Source: an uncultured Bacilli bacterium (GTDB lineage Bacteria; Bacillota_I; Bacilli_A; RF39; UBA660). Taken from it: 64,000 bases of DNA. Shown here in pieces: positions 37,832 through 47,603 of this stretch. The stretch spans positions 9,546-73,545 of the forward strand of contig CAKOMY010000002.1 in assembly GCA_934096815.1 (NCBI GenBank), written 5' to 3'. Position numbers and translations under genes: made by a program. Below the pieces are notes generated by a model, which was not told the DNA's origin, made no database searches, and saw only the letters and a program-made list of their open reading frames with translations. Numbering within the stretch: the stretch's first letter is position 1; each line of letters begins with the position of its first letter.

Positions 37832-39220
37832 ATGAAAAGTATAAAAAGACTTATTTGTATGTTATTTATGTTAGTGCTTTCTATTGTAAATGTTAGTGCA
37901 GCAGAAAAAGGTACAATAATAATTAACAAAGCAATTGTTAATGAAAGTTATAATATCTATAAAGTATTAGATTTAGAAACTTATGATAAAGTTAATAATC
38001 ATTACATTTATAGAGCAACAAACGAGTGGAAAGCATTTTTAGATGAAACAACTGATTATTTAGAAGTAAAAAATGAAAATGGGGATAAATATTATATTTG
38101 GAAAGATGGGGTTGATAAGGCAAAAGCTAAAGAATTTGCTGAAGCAGCATATAAATATGCAAAAGATAATAATATTACTCCAACTATGACTAAAAAGGCT
38201 ATATCTACATCTGTTAAATTTGATAATTTGGAATTAGGATACTACTTAGTAGATTCATCAGTAGGAGCTTTACTTCATTTAACTACAACTAATCCTAGTG
38301 CAATAGTTAATGAAAAGAATACATTAAATCCTAATGTAGATAAAAATGTATTAGAAAATAGTACTGGAACTTATGGTAAAGAAAATGATGATATGATTGG
38401 AAGTACTATTAGTTATAAGACTACAATAACAACTGGTGCTGGATATGGAAATTATGTATTATATGATGTAATGGATAAAGGTTTAACATTTAATGTTAAT
38501 TCTGTAGTAGTTAAAATTGGTGATGAAGTTGTAGATAGTACTAACTATATAGTTAAAACAAATGTTACTGGTTATACATTTGTAGTAGAATTTAATAATG
38601 ATTTTATTCTTAAACAACCTAAAAATATTAATATAGATGTTTATTATACTGCAACATTAAATAAAGATGCTATTGTTGCTGGTAGTGGTAATGTTAACGA
38701 AACATATTTAGAATATGGAGAAAAAACAGCAACTGATAAAAGTAAAACAACAACTTATACATATTTATTTAACCTAGTTAAAACTAATAAAGAAGGTGTT
38801 GAATTAAACGGTGCTGAATTTAAATTATTAGATAAAAATGATAATGAAATAAAAGTAGTTTTAAAAGATGAAGTAAGTAATACTTATAGAGTTGCTACTG
38901 GAAGTGAAGAGGGAGTAACAATTAAAGTAGGACACGCCATTATTGAAGGTTTAGATAAAGATTCATATAAATTATTAGAAGTAGTTAGTCCAGAAGGATA
39001 TAATAAATTAACAAGTCCAGTAGATATTCAAATTAATGGGAAAACAAATAGTTCATCTTATGAAATAGCTGAAATTAAAGTAATTAACTATACAGGATCA
39101 GAACTACCAGAAACAGGTGGAATAGGTACTAAAATGTTTATTACAGGCGGTTTATCATTAGTGCTTATTTGTGGATTAGTATTAGTTACAAAATTAAGAT
39201 TATATAAAGAAAATTTATAA
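37832..39220 (+). CDS. Backbone (major) pilin subunit with LPETG sorting signal
   Basis: Signal peptide; CnaB-like GAEFKLLDKNDNEI; E-box-like YKLLEVVSPEGYN; C-terminal ELPETGG, then TM, then KLRLYKENL. Confidence 0.65.
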   Translation: MKSIKRLICMLFMLVLSIVNVSAAEKGTIIINKAIVNESYNIYKVLDLETYDKVNNHYIYRATNEWKAFLDETTDYLEVKNENGDKYYIWKDGVDKAKAKEFAEAAYKYAKDNNITPTMTKKAISTSVKFDNLELGYYLVDSSVGALLHLTTTNPSAIVNEKNTLNPNVDKNVLENSTGTYGKENDDMIGSTISYKTTITTGAGYGNYVLYDVMDKGLTFNVNSVVVKIGDEVVDSTNYIVKTNVTGYTFVVEFNNDFILKQPKNINIDVYYTATLNKDAIVAGSGNVNETYLEYGEKTATDKSKTTTYTYLFNLVKTNKEGVELNGAEFKLLDKNDNEIKVVLKDEVSNTYRVATGSEEGVTIKVGHAIIEGLDKDSYKLLEVVSPEGYNKLTSPVDIQINGKTNSSSYEIAEIKVINYTGSELPETGGIGTKMFITGGLSLVLICGLVLVTKLRLYKENL

Positions 39221-39258
39221 TAATTATTATAGTAAAGATTGAAGGAGGTTAAAGTAAT

Positions 39259-40107
39259 ATGAATAAAAGAAATACTATAATTATGATAATATTATTTTTC
39301 ATAGGACTTTTAACCCTCTTTTATCCTACTTTAAGTAATTATTATAATGAAAAAATAGGATCTAAAACTATTTATAATTATGAAAATATAATTGATAGTT
39401 ATGATTTTAATAAATTTAAAGAAATAAAAGATAACGCTATTAAGTATAATAAATATTTATCTAAATTAAGTGATCCTTTAATAGATTATAAGGAAATAAA
39501 GAATTATGAAAATATTCTTAATGTAAATGATGAAGGAATGATGGGGTATTTATCTATCGATAAAATTAGAGTTGAAATACCTATTTATCATGGAACTAGT
39601 AATGATACATTAAACAGTTTTGTAGGACATGTTGAAGGAACTAGTCTTCCAATAGGTGGAAATAGTACTCATAGTGTTTTATCAGCTCATAGAGGACTTC
39701 CATCAGCTAAATTATTTTCTGATTTAGATAAGTTAGAGGTAGGAGATACATTTAAAATTATTGTACTTGATGAGGCTTTAACTTACAAAGTAGATAAAAT
39801 ATCAATAGTTAAACCTAATAATAGTAAAGAATTAATGAATGTTAAAGATAAAGATTATGTAACTTTAATTACTTGTACTCCTTATGGAATTAATACGCAT
39901 AGATTATTAGTAAGAGGAGTAAGAGTAGATAATAATATTAATAAAGTTTATATAAGTACAGAAGGATTTAAAATAAATAAGCTAATAGTAATACCTATTT
40001 TAACATTACCTATAATAATACTATTAATATTAATTATAGTAATTAAACCAGTTAAGAAACCTAATAATATGATATTTAAAAAGTATCTATATCCTAATGG
40101 AAAATAG
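39259..40107 (+). CDS. Class C (pilus-assembly) sortase
   Basis: N-terminal TM, HRGLPSAKLF (catalytic His region), TLITCTPYGINTHRLLVRG (TLxTC Cys, Arg), C-terminal hydrophobic lid/anchor. Confidence 0.8.
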   Translation: MNKRNTIIMIILFFIGLLTLFYPTLSNYYNEKIGSKTIYNYENIIDSYDFNKFKEIKDNAIKYNKYLSKLSDPLIDYKEIKNYENILNVNDEGMMGYLSIDKIRVEIPIYHGTSNDTLNSFVGHVEGTSLPIGGNSTHSVLSAHRGLPSAKLFSDLDKLEVGDTFKIIVLDEALTYKVDKISIVKPNNSKELMNVKDKDYVTLITCTPYGINTHRLLVRGVRVDNNINKVYISTEGFKINKLIVIPILTLPIIILLILIIVIKPVKKPNNMIFKKYLYPNGK

Positions 40108-40115
40108 GAGGTAAT

Positions 40116-40997
40116 ATGAAATATTTAAAATTTATATTGTTAATATTAATGATATTTACAACTAATGTATTTGCTAATAATTATAGTGTGGACTTAAGTG
40201 TAAGTGGTAAAATTAATATTGAATTAACCGATAAAGAAAATAATGAATCTATCAAAGGAGTAGAATTAACTTTATATAAGATTGCAAATGTTTTAGAAGA
40301 AGATAATCATTTAATTTACAAATATGTTGATAATATTAATTGTGATATATCTTTAGATAATTTAGAATCTAAGGAACTTTCAGATAAAATTAATTTATGT
40401 GTAAATGATGATTTAATTCTTGATACTAAAGTAACTGATTTAGAGGGGAAAGTTACATTTGATAATTTATCTTTAGGTTTATATTTAGTTAAGCAAACTA
40501 ATAAAGTTAAAGGATATTCTAGTATTAATTCATATTTATTAACTATTCCTAAAGTAGAAGATAATAAATTTATTTATGAAATAAATAGTAAACCTAAAAC
40601 TGATATTTTAAGATTAATGAATCTTACTGTTAAAAAAGTTTGGAATGAATCATTAAGTAACAAAAATGATTTAGAAAGTTTACCTAAGTATGTTGAAATT
40701 GGTTTATATAAAAATAATAAATTAATAGATAAGGTTAAATTAGGTAAAGATAATAATTGGGAATATACTTGGTTAGATATAGAAAAAAGTGATGATTATA
40801 ATGTATTAGAATTAAATGTTCCTAAAGGATATATTGCTACTTATGAAGAAATAGATAATACTTTTATTATTACTAATACTAAGACTTTAGTACAAACTGG
40901 TAATAATTATTATTTAGTAGTAATTTTAGGTAGCTGTGGAATAATACTTATATTATTAAGTATTATTTATAATAAATATAAGGAACATAATGAATAG
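40116..40997 (+). CDS. Minor/basal pilin candidate with non-canonical sorting signal (LVQTG)
   Basis: Signal peptide; CnaB-like GVELTLYKI and LYLVKQTNKVKGY; C-terminus LVQTG plus TM plus KYKEHNE. Confidence 0.5.
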   Translation: MKYLKFILLILMIFTTNVFANNYSVDLSVSGKINIELTDKENNESIKGVELTLYKIANVLEEDNHLIYKYVDNINCDISLDNLESKELSDKINLCVNDDLILDTKVTDLEGKVTFDNLSLGLYLVKQTNKVKGYSSINSYLLTIPKVEDNKFIYEINSKPKTDILRLMNLTVKKVWNESLSNKNDLESLPKYVEIGLYKNNKLIDKVKLGKDNNWEYTWLDIEKSDDYNVLELNVPKGYIATYEEIDNTFIITNTKTLVQTGNNYYLVVILGSCGIILILLSIIYNKYKEHNE

Positions 40998-41547
40998 AAT
41001 ATCTAAATTATTATTGTTAATGGGAATTATTTTATTATCTTTATCTATTTTATTATATTTTTATTTTCAACTAGAAGAGATATGTTCTAGAAAAACGGTT
41101 AAGGATACTATGAATAATTTAATTAATAATGGTAGTGAAGTTATTCATAATGATAATTTTGATATTAAGGTTATTGATAATGAAGAATATATTGGGTATT
41201 TAGAGATACCTTCTTTGAATTTATTATTACCTATAACTAATGGTTATTCATATAACTCTTTAAGGAAAAGTCCTGCTTTATATTATGGAAATTTAAATAG
41301 TAATTTGGTTATTTGTGGACATTCTTATAAGGCTCATTTTGGTAATTTATATAAATTAAAACAAGGGGATACTGTTATTTTTAGAGATATAAATAATAAT
41401 AGGTATGTTTATGAAGTGGAGACAGTAGAAATTCTTAAACCTACTGAAATTAAGGAAATGATTGAAAGTAATTTTGATTTAACTTTATATACTTGTACTA
41501 AAGATAGTAAAAGTAGAGTAACTATTAGATGTAATAGGGTAGGTTAA
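40990..41547 (+). CDS. Second, small sortase (185 aa)
   Basis: N-terminal TM, ICGHSYKAHF (His), LTLYTCT (TLxTC-like Cys), RCNRV (Arg). Confidence 0.6.
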   Translation: MNRISKLLLLMGIILLSLSILLYFYFQLEEICSRKTVKDTMNNLINNGSEVIHNDNFDIKVIDNEEYIGYLEIPSLNLLLPITNGYSYNSLRKSPALYYGNLNSNLVICGHSYKAHFGNLYKLKQGDTVIFRDINNNRYVYEVETVEILKPTEIKEMIESNFDLTLYTCTKDSKSRVTIRCNRVG

Positions 41548-41717
41548 TTTGGGTAGAGAGATCTATCTTTTTTTTAAAATAAATATAAAATCGCTAATTT
41601 AATTATTTTATTGACATAATTTGCATAAAAATTGCAAATATTAATAATAAAATATAAAAAATAATTGATTTAATACAAAAAAATACATATAATAATATCG
41701 AATGGAGGAGTTATAAA

Positions 41718-42962
41718 TTGATAATAGAATTTAGTGTTAAAAACTTTTTATCATTTAAAGAAAGAGTGACATTTAGTATGTTATCAAACTCAAATAAAGG
41801 ATTAGATGATAATTATGTAGAATATAATGATAAAAAAATATTAAAAACATCTGCAATTTATGGAGCAAATGCTTCAGGTAAAACTAATTTATTCCAAATT
41901 TTAGCTAGTGTTATTTATATGTTAAGGAATTCAAATAATTTTAATATGAATTCTAAGCTTCTTATTGCACCATTTAAATTTGATAAAAAAACAATTAATA
42001 AACCAAGTGAATTTGAAATAAAATTTATTGCCGAAAATATTCGTTATGTTTATGGATTTGTAGCAGATTCTAAGAAAATATATGAAGAGTACTTATATTA
42101 TTATCCTAGTGGAAGAGAAACAAAAATTTTTGATAGAACTAATACTAATGAGTATTCTTTTCCTCAAAAAGATGGAAGAATATTAAATGATATTGCATCT
42201 AAAACTGCAGCAAATAAATTTTTTATTGCAACTGCAACCAATTGGAATTATGAGCAAACTAAAGTTCCGTATAAATTTTTAACTGTAGATATTAATACAT
42301 TTAATAATTTAAGTGGTCTTAGAGATACAGCAATAAGAGAATATTTAAAAAATGATAATGAATTAAAAAGTTTTGCTTTAGAATTTTTAAAAAAAGCAGA
42401 TTTTAATATAGTTGATTATAAAGTTTTAGAAACCGATGTTCCTGAAGATGTGTTAGCAACAATACCAGATTATATTAAAGCGGAAATAAATATGAAAGAA
42501 AAACTAAAAGTATTTACAGCTTTTTTTAAACATATTGATTCAGATATTGAATTATCATATGAAGAAGAATCTATGGGAACTCAAATTGTTTTTTGTTTTA
42601 TTCCTTTTATAATGGATGCATTAAATAATAAAAAAATTATTGTAGTAGATGAACTTGATAAAAGTTTACATCCATATTTAGTTGAAATGATTGTTCAAAT
42701 GTTTAATGATCCTAATATAAATAAAAATGGTGCTCAATTAATTTTTAATACTCATGATACTAATTTATTAAAATTAAATATTTTACGAAGAGATCAAATA
42801 TGGTTTACAGAAAAAGATCATAATAATGGAATAAGTGATTTATATCCTTTAAGTGATTTTTCTGTAAGGAAAACAGAAAATATTGAGAGAGGATATATGC
42901 TTGGTAGGTATGGTGCAGTACCATTTATCAAAAATGATTTTAATTTATGGGAAGAAGATTAG
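41718..42962 (+). CDS. AAA_21/AAA_15-type ATPase, AbiLi/RloA-like defence component
   Basis: MIIEFSVKNFLSFKERVTF...GANASGKTNLFQIL (Walker A), IIVVDELDKSLHP (Walker B), QLIFNTHDTNLL (ABC-like H-loop region). Confidence 0.65.
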   Translation: MIIEFSVKNFLSFKERVTFSMLSNSNKGLDDNYVEYNDKKILKTSAIYGANASGKTNLFQILASVIYMLRNSNNFNMNSKLLIAPFKFDKKTINKPSEFEIKFIAENIRYVYGFVADSKKIYEEYLYYYPSGRETKIFDRTNTNEYSFPQKDGRILNDIASKTAANKFFIATATNWNYEQTKVPYKFLTVDINTFNNLSGLRDTAIREYLKNDNELKSFALEFLKKADFNIVDYKVLETDVPEDVLATIPDYIKAEINMKEKLKVFTAFFKHIDSDIELSYEEESMGTQIVFCFIPFIMDALNNKKIIVVDELDKSLHPYLVEMIVQMFNDPNINKNGAQLIFNTHDTNLLKLNILRRDQIWFTEKDHNNGISDLYPLSDFSVRKTENIERGYMLGRYGAVPFIKNDFNLWEED

Positions 42963-43579
42963 AACAAAGTAGAAAAATTAGTAATGATAGAGTTAGAAAA
43001 ATTAGAAAACCAAAAAGTAAAATATTAATAGCTGTAGAAGGAAAAAATAAGACTGAGAAATTATATTTTAATCATTTTGATGATGGCAATAAAAATTATT
43101 CAATCTCATTTGCAAAAGGAAATTATACAGATCCATTAAATTTAGTTAGAATGTTAATTGATGAAATTAAAAGAATTGGTTTAGATTTGTTAGATGAAGA
43201 TAAAGCCTATTGTGTATTTGATGTAGATGTTGACTTTGCAAAAAATAGTTTAATAAATGAAGCAAAAAAACTTGCTGAAAAGAATAATATTAAAATTATA
43301 ACTTCAACTCCTTCTATTGAATTATGGTTCTTACTTCACTATGAATATACTTCATCTAACATGAACAATAAAGAAGTAATTAATAGATTAAGAAAGCATT
43401 ATATCGCTTATGATAAAAATGTTGATATTTATCCCAATATTTATAGTAATATGGGTGATGCAATAACAAATGCAAAAAAGTTAGAAAAATATCAATTAGA
43501 AAATAGTAAGATAATTGGAAATGTTGAAGCTAATCCAAATACAGAAATATATAAAATAGTCTTGGATCTGCTTAACTAA
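42947..43579 (+). CDS. RloB-like (DUF4276, TOPRIM-related) protein, AbiLii-like partner
   Basis: ILIAVEGKNKTEKLYFNHF...CVFDVDVD...PSIELWFLLHY pattern; 16-nt overlap with the ATPase gene. Confidence 0.55.
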   Translation: MGRRLEQSRKISNDRVRKIRKPKSKILIAVEGKNKTEKLYFNHFDDGNKNYSISFAKGNYTDPLNLVRMLIDEIKRIGLDLLDEDKAYCVFDVDVDFAKNSLINEAKKLAEKNNIKIITSTPSIELWFLLHYEYTSSNMNNKEVINRLRKHYIAYDKNVDIYPNIYSNMGDAITNAKKLEKYQLENSKIIGNVEANPNTEIYKIVLDLLN

Positions 43580-43955
43580 AAAAATGTTAGTTTATTAATT
43601 ATTAAGTTATAATATTGATTGTGCATTAGCAATTTAAATATGCATTTCTTGATAAAGGTGCTATTGGTATTATTGAAATACTTATTTCCAGATTTTGAAT
43701 TATTAATTGATATTTTATTATTGATTATTGATGAAAGAGGTATATTTATGAAAATAGATTTAAGCAAGTGGTTAAAAAAGGTACTTGTGGTAGGTGTTAC
43801 AATAGTTGCCTATAATATAGATCAAGAAAGAAGTGCCCTGAAGAGGTTCAAATCCTCAACCTACCACCAATTTGTGTAACATTAAAGAAGATTATCTTCT
43901 TTTTTTAGTGGTTTATTAATACAAAATTTTAAAATTACAAAATTGTGATTTTGCG

Positions 43956-43984
43956 TTGTTATTATATGAAATATTTGTTATAAT
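43956..43984 (+). promoter_or_regulatory. Candidate promoter of the polysaccharide locus
   Basis: TTGTTA, 17 nt, TATAAT, 35 bp upstream of the sugar transferase ATG. Confidence 0.4.
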
Positions 43985-44019
43985 ATGTACGAACTTGTAA
44001 CGAAAAGGGGTATGTTGTA

Positions 44020-44706
44020 ATGAATAATGATGTAAAGGATATAAGTATACATAGTTTATCTAATACTATAAATATATCTAAAGTAAATAAATATAGTTAT
44101 TTATTTATTAAAAGATTATTTGATATAATCTTATCATTATTTGGAATATTATTTTTAATTCCTATAGCTATTGTTATAAAGATATCATATATTTTAAATA
44201 AAGATTATTCTTCTATATTTTATAGTCAAACTAGAATAGGTAAGAATGGTAAAGAATTTAAATTATATAAGTTTAGAAGTATGATACCTAATGCGGATGA
44301 GGTACTAAAAGAGTTAATAAGAAAAGAACCATATAAAACAGAATGGAAAAACAATCAAAAATTATCTAAAGATCCAAGAATAACTAAAATGGGTAATATC
44401 TTAAGAAAAACATCATTAGATGAATTACCTCAATTGATTGCCATTATTAAAGGAGATATGTCTTTTATAGGGCCAAGACCATTAGTAATTGGAGAATTAG
44501 ATGCTCATAATGGGAATCATAAAATATATGAAAGTGTTAGACCTGGACTATCAGGTTGGTGGGCTTGTAATGGAAGATCTGATACAACTTATGAGGAAAG
44601 ATTAAATTTAGAGTATTATTATTGTAAAAATGCATCATTATTATTAGATATTAAATGTGTTTTTAAAACAATAAAAGTAGTATTTTTAAAAAAAGGTGCA
44701 GAGTAG
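44020..44706 (+). CDS. Polyprenyl-phosphate hexose-1-phosphate transferase (bacterial sugar transferase, priming glycosyltransferase)
   Basis: N-terminal TM then LYKFRSM...DPRITKMGNILRKTSLDELPQL...GDMSFIGPRP, the conserved WbaP/CpsE C-terminal catalytic domain. Confidence 0.75.
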   Translation: MNNDVKDISIHSLSNTINISKVNKYSYLFIKRLFDIILSLFGILFLIPIAIVIKISYILNKDYSSIFYSQTRIGKNGKEFKLYKFRSMIPNADEVLKELIRKEPYKTEWKNNQKLSKDPRITKMGNILRKTSLDELPQLIAIIKGDMSFIGPRPLVIGELDAHNGNHKIYESVRPGLSGWWACNGRSDTTYEERLNLEYYYCKNASLLLDIKCVFKTIKVVFLKKGAE

Positions 44707-44714
44707 GGAGAATT

Positions 44715-45425
44715 ATGAAAGAACATAATAGTATTAAATATTTGGTATACTTTTTTTGTTTATTAGGATTTATATTTTCCTTATTAATTATTCGCGAATT
44801 ATTGCATTATAATTATATAAGTACGAATGAGGTTGGAATTATTATTACAAGTTTAACTTTATTATTTGAAATAATTAATTCTGCTTATGAACGAAGAAAA
44901 AGTATTTTTGTTCAAAAAAATATTAAAGATCAGGAAAATTTTGAAAATATTGTTTCTGAAGTTCTTGATTTTTATTCAAATATAACAAGTGATTTTGTTA
45001 GTTATGCTCTTCTTGATATAAAATATGATAATAACACAAATACATATAGATTTGATATTAATTCTTTGGATAGATTAAATGCTATGATTTCAAATTATTA
45101 TTGTAAATTAAGAACTTATAATAATAAAATAGAATATTTACATGGAATGAAGAATCAATCTCATCCTGAATATGATAAATTTAAGATTAAAGTTATAGAT
45201 TTAAATACTTCAATTGCTTCAATAATGAATGATTTATCAATTTTAATAAATAGATGTGTTGATACACCAGCAGAAGGATTTTCTGAAAGAGATGTAAAAA
45301 ATTTAAATGATAGTCGAAATGAATATGTGAATAAATTGCAAAATTTATTTGAATGTAATATCAATGAAATGTATATTTTAGCAACAAATTGTGTAGATGA
45401 AAGAAACAAATTAAGAATGAAATAA
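44715..45425 (+). CDS. Hypothetical protein with N-terminal TM helices
   Basis: 236-aa ORF within the polysaccharide locus; no motif recognised. Confidence 0.3.
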   Translation: MKEHNSIKYLVYFFCLLGFIFSLLIIRELLHYNYISTNEVGIIITSLTLLFEIINSAYERRKSIFVQKNIKDQENFENIVSEVLDFYSNITSDFVSYALLDIKYDNNTNTYRFDINSLDRLNAMISNYYCKLRTYNNKIEYLHGMKNQSHPEYDKFKIKVIDLNTSIASIMNDLSILINRCVDTPAEGFSERDVKNLNDSRNEYVNKLQNLFECNINEMYILATNCVDERNKLRMK

Positions 45426-45436
45426 ATGTAAAGGTT

Positions 45437-47602
45437 GTGGTTAAAGTGAATCAAGAACCAATTAGAGTAGCACATATTATTGGTAAATGGTTATGTGGAG
45501 GAGTAGAATCTGTTGTTATGAATTATTATCGACATATTGATAGGACTAAAATTCAATTTGATTTTATATGTGATAAAGATTCTACAAATATACCTTATGA
45601 TGAAATTGAACAATTAGGTGGTAGAGTTATTTTAGTTTCACCATATCAAAAAGTATTTGAATATCAAAAAGAATTGATAAAAATTTTTAAAGAAAATAAA
45701 TATAAAATAGTTCATTCACATATAAATACATTATCTGTTTTTCCTTTAAGAGCAGCGAAAAAAGCGGGAGTACCAGTTAGAATAGCACATAGTCATAGTA
45801 CAACTAATAAAAAAGAATGGAAGAAAAATTTAGTAAAACAGGTTTTAAGACCTTTTAGTAAGGTTTATGCTACTGATTATATGTGTTGCTCTGAGTTAGC
45901 TGGAAGATGGTTATTTGGTAATAAAGAGTATGATAAAGGAAATGTTTATTTATTAAATAACGCAATAGATTTAGATAAGTTTAAGTATGATGAAAAGATT
46001 AGAAAAGAAAAAAGAAAAGAATTAAATATAAAAGATGATACATTAGTTATTGGTCATGTAGGAAGATTTGTAGAGCAAAAAAATCATAGATTTTTAATAG
46101 ATATATTTAATGAAGTACATAAACAAAGAGAAAATTCTATTTTATTACTTGTTGGTCAAGGTCCTTTAATGGAAGAAATGAAAGAAAAAGTTAAAACATT
46201 AGGAATAGAAGATAGTGTTAAATTTTTAGGACAAAGAAATGATATAAATGAATTATATCAAGTATTTGATGTTTTCTGCTTGTCATCATTGTATGAAGGG
46301 TTGCCAGTTGTTGGAGTTGAAGCACAAGCAACAGGATTATTATGTGTATTTTCTGATGATATGACAAAAGAAACAAAAGTATTAGATACTACTGAATTTT
46401 TATCATTAAATCAAAATGCTGAAGAGTGGACTGATGTATTGCTAGAAAAAAATCAAAAATTTAAGCGATTAAATCAAACAAAAAAGTTATCGAATAGAGG
46501 ATTTGACATAAATATTGAAGCAATGAAACTCGAAAAAATGTATATAGAAAAATCAAAAAGTACAATCATTCATGTTGTAAATTCAAAAGTTTTTTCTGGA
46601 TTAGAAAGTGTAGTTTGTGACATAATCACGTCTAAACTTTCCAATAAATATAATTTTGTATATGTAACACAAAACGGCTCAATTGTTGAAGTTTTAAATG
46701 AAAAAAATATAAATTATGAAATAATAGATAAACTTAATTGTAAAGAAATTAAGAGAGTATTAAGAAAATATAATCCGTCAATTATACATGCTCATGATTT
46801 TACTGCAAGTGTAATATGCTCATTATTTAAGAGAAAAAGATATTTAATTGAACATTTGCACAATAATTGTCCTTGGTTAAAAAATATAAATTTTAAAACA
46901 TTGGTCTTTTTATATGCTGGTTTAAGAGCTAGTATTATCTTAACTGTATCTAAATCAATTGAAAATGAATATATTTTTTCAAAATTAATAAATAAAAAAA
47001 TAGAATGTATTGGAAACCCAGTTTCAAGAAAAAAAATAATGACAATGATAGGCACAAAAAAATATAGTAAGATTTATGATGTATGTTGTGTTGCTAGACT
47101 AACTGAGCAAAAAAATCCTTTTAAATTTTTGAAAATAATTTATGAAGTTAAAAAAGAAATTCCAGAAATTAAATGTGTTTGGGTAGGAGATGGAGAATTA
47201 AAAGAATTGATTGATGAAAAAATTAAAATATTAGAATTAAAAGATAATATAGAGCTAGTTGGATTTAAGAAAAATCCATATAAATATATGGCATCTTCAA
47301 AAATTTTTTTATTAACATCTGATTGGGAAGGCTATGGGTTAGTAGCATTTGAGGCTTTGACATTAGGCGTCCCCTGCGTTGTATCAAATGTTGGTGGCTT
47401 ATCAAAAATTGTAGATGAAAGTTGTGGATATTTATGCAATTCTAAAGAAGATTACATAAATGAATGTAAAAAGTTATTGAAAAATGCAATATATTTGAAT
47501 CAAAAGGCCAACAAGTCTATTAAAAAATCAAAAAAACTTGAAAATTATAATGAATATATTACTAAGATAGGTAATTATTATAAAAATATGGAGGGAAAAT
47601 AA
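45437..47602 (+). CDS. Tandem GT4 (GT-B) glycosyltransferase fusion
   Basis: Two copies of the GT1/GT4 E-x7-E region: EGLPVVGVEAQATG and EGYGLVAFEALTLGVPCV; 721 aa. Confidence 0.6.
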   Translation: MVKVNQEPIRVAHIIGKWLCGGVESVVMNYYRHIDRTKIQFDFICDKDSTNIPYDEIEQLGGRVILVSPYQKVFEYQKELIKIFKENKYKIVHSHINTLSVFPLRAAKKAGVPVRIAHSHSTTNKKEWKKNLVKQVLRPFSKVYATDYMCCSELAGRWLFGNKEYDKGNVYLLNNAIDLDKFKYDEKIRKEKRKELNIKDDTLVIGHVGRFVEQKNHRFLIDIFNEVHKQRENSILLLVGQGPLMEEMKEKVKTLGIEDSVKFLGQRNDINELYQVFDVFCLSSLYEGLPVVGVEAQATGLLCVFSDDMTKETKVLDTTEFLSLNQNAEEWTDVLLEKNQKFKRLNQTKKLSNRGFDINIEAMKLEKMYIEKSKSTIIHVVNSKVFSGLESVVCDIITSKLSNKYNFVYVTQNGSIVEVLNEKNINYEIIDKLNCKEIKRVLRKYNPSIIHAHDFTASVICSLFKRKRYLIEHLHNNCPWLKNINFKTLVFLYAGLRASIILTVSKSIENEYIFSKLINKKIECIGNPVSRKKIMTMIGTKKYSKIYDVCCVARLTEQKNPFKFLKIIYEVKKEIPEIKCVWVGDGELKELIDEKIKILELKDNIELVGFKKNPYKYMASSKIFLLTSDWEGYGLVAFEALTLGVPCVVSNVGGLSKIVDESCGYLCNSKEDYINECKKLLKNAIYLNQKANKSIKKSKKLENYNEYITKIGNYYKNMEGK

Positions 47603-47603
47603 G

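Noticed and set aside
43787-43867. Calling the element a bona fide tRNA gene
   Set aside because: The acceptor stem, T-arm and CCA are good, but the D-arm and anticodon arm cannot be folded canonically. It is reported only as a tRNA-like element or att remnant.
43576-43879. ORF-track ORFs 43576..43767 (-) and 43619..43879 (+)
   Set aside because: They overlap each other in an AT-rich intergenic region, have no RBS and low-complexity I/L/K/N-rich translations. The + ORF overlaps the tRNA-like element, so they are judged spurious.
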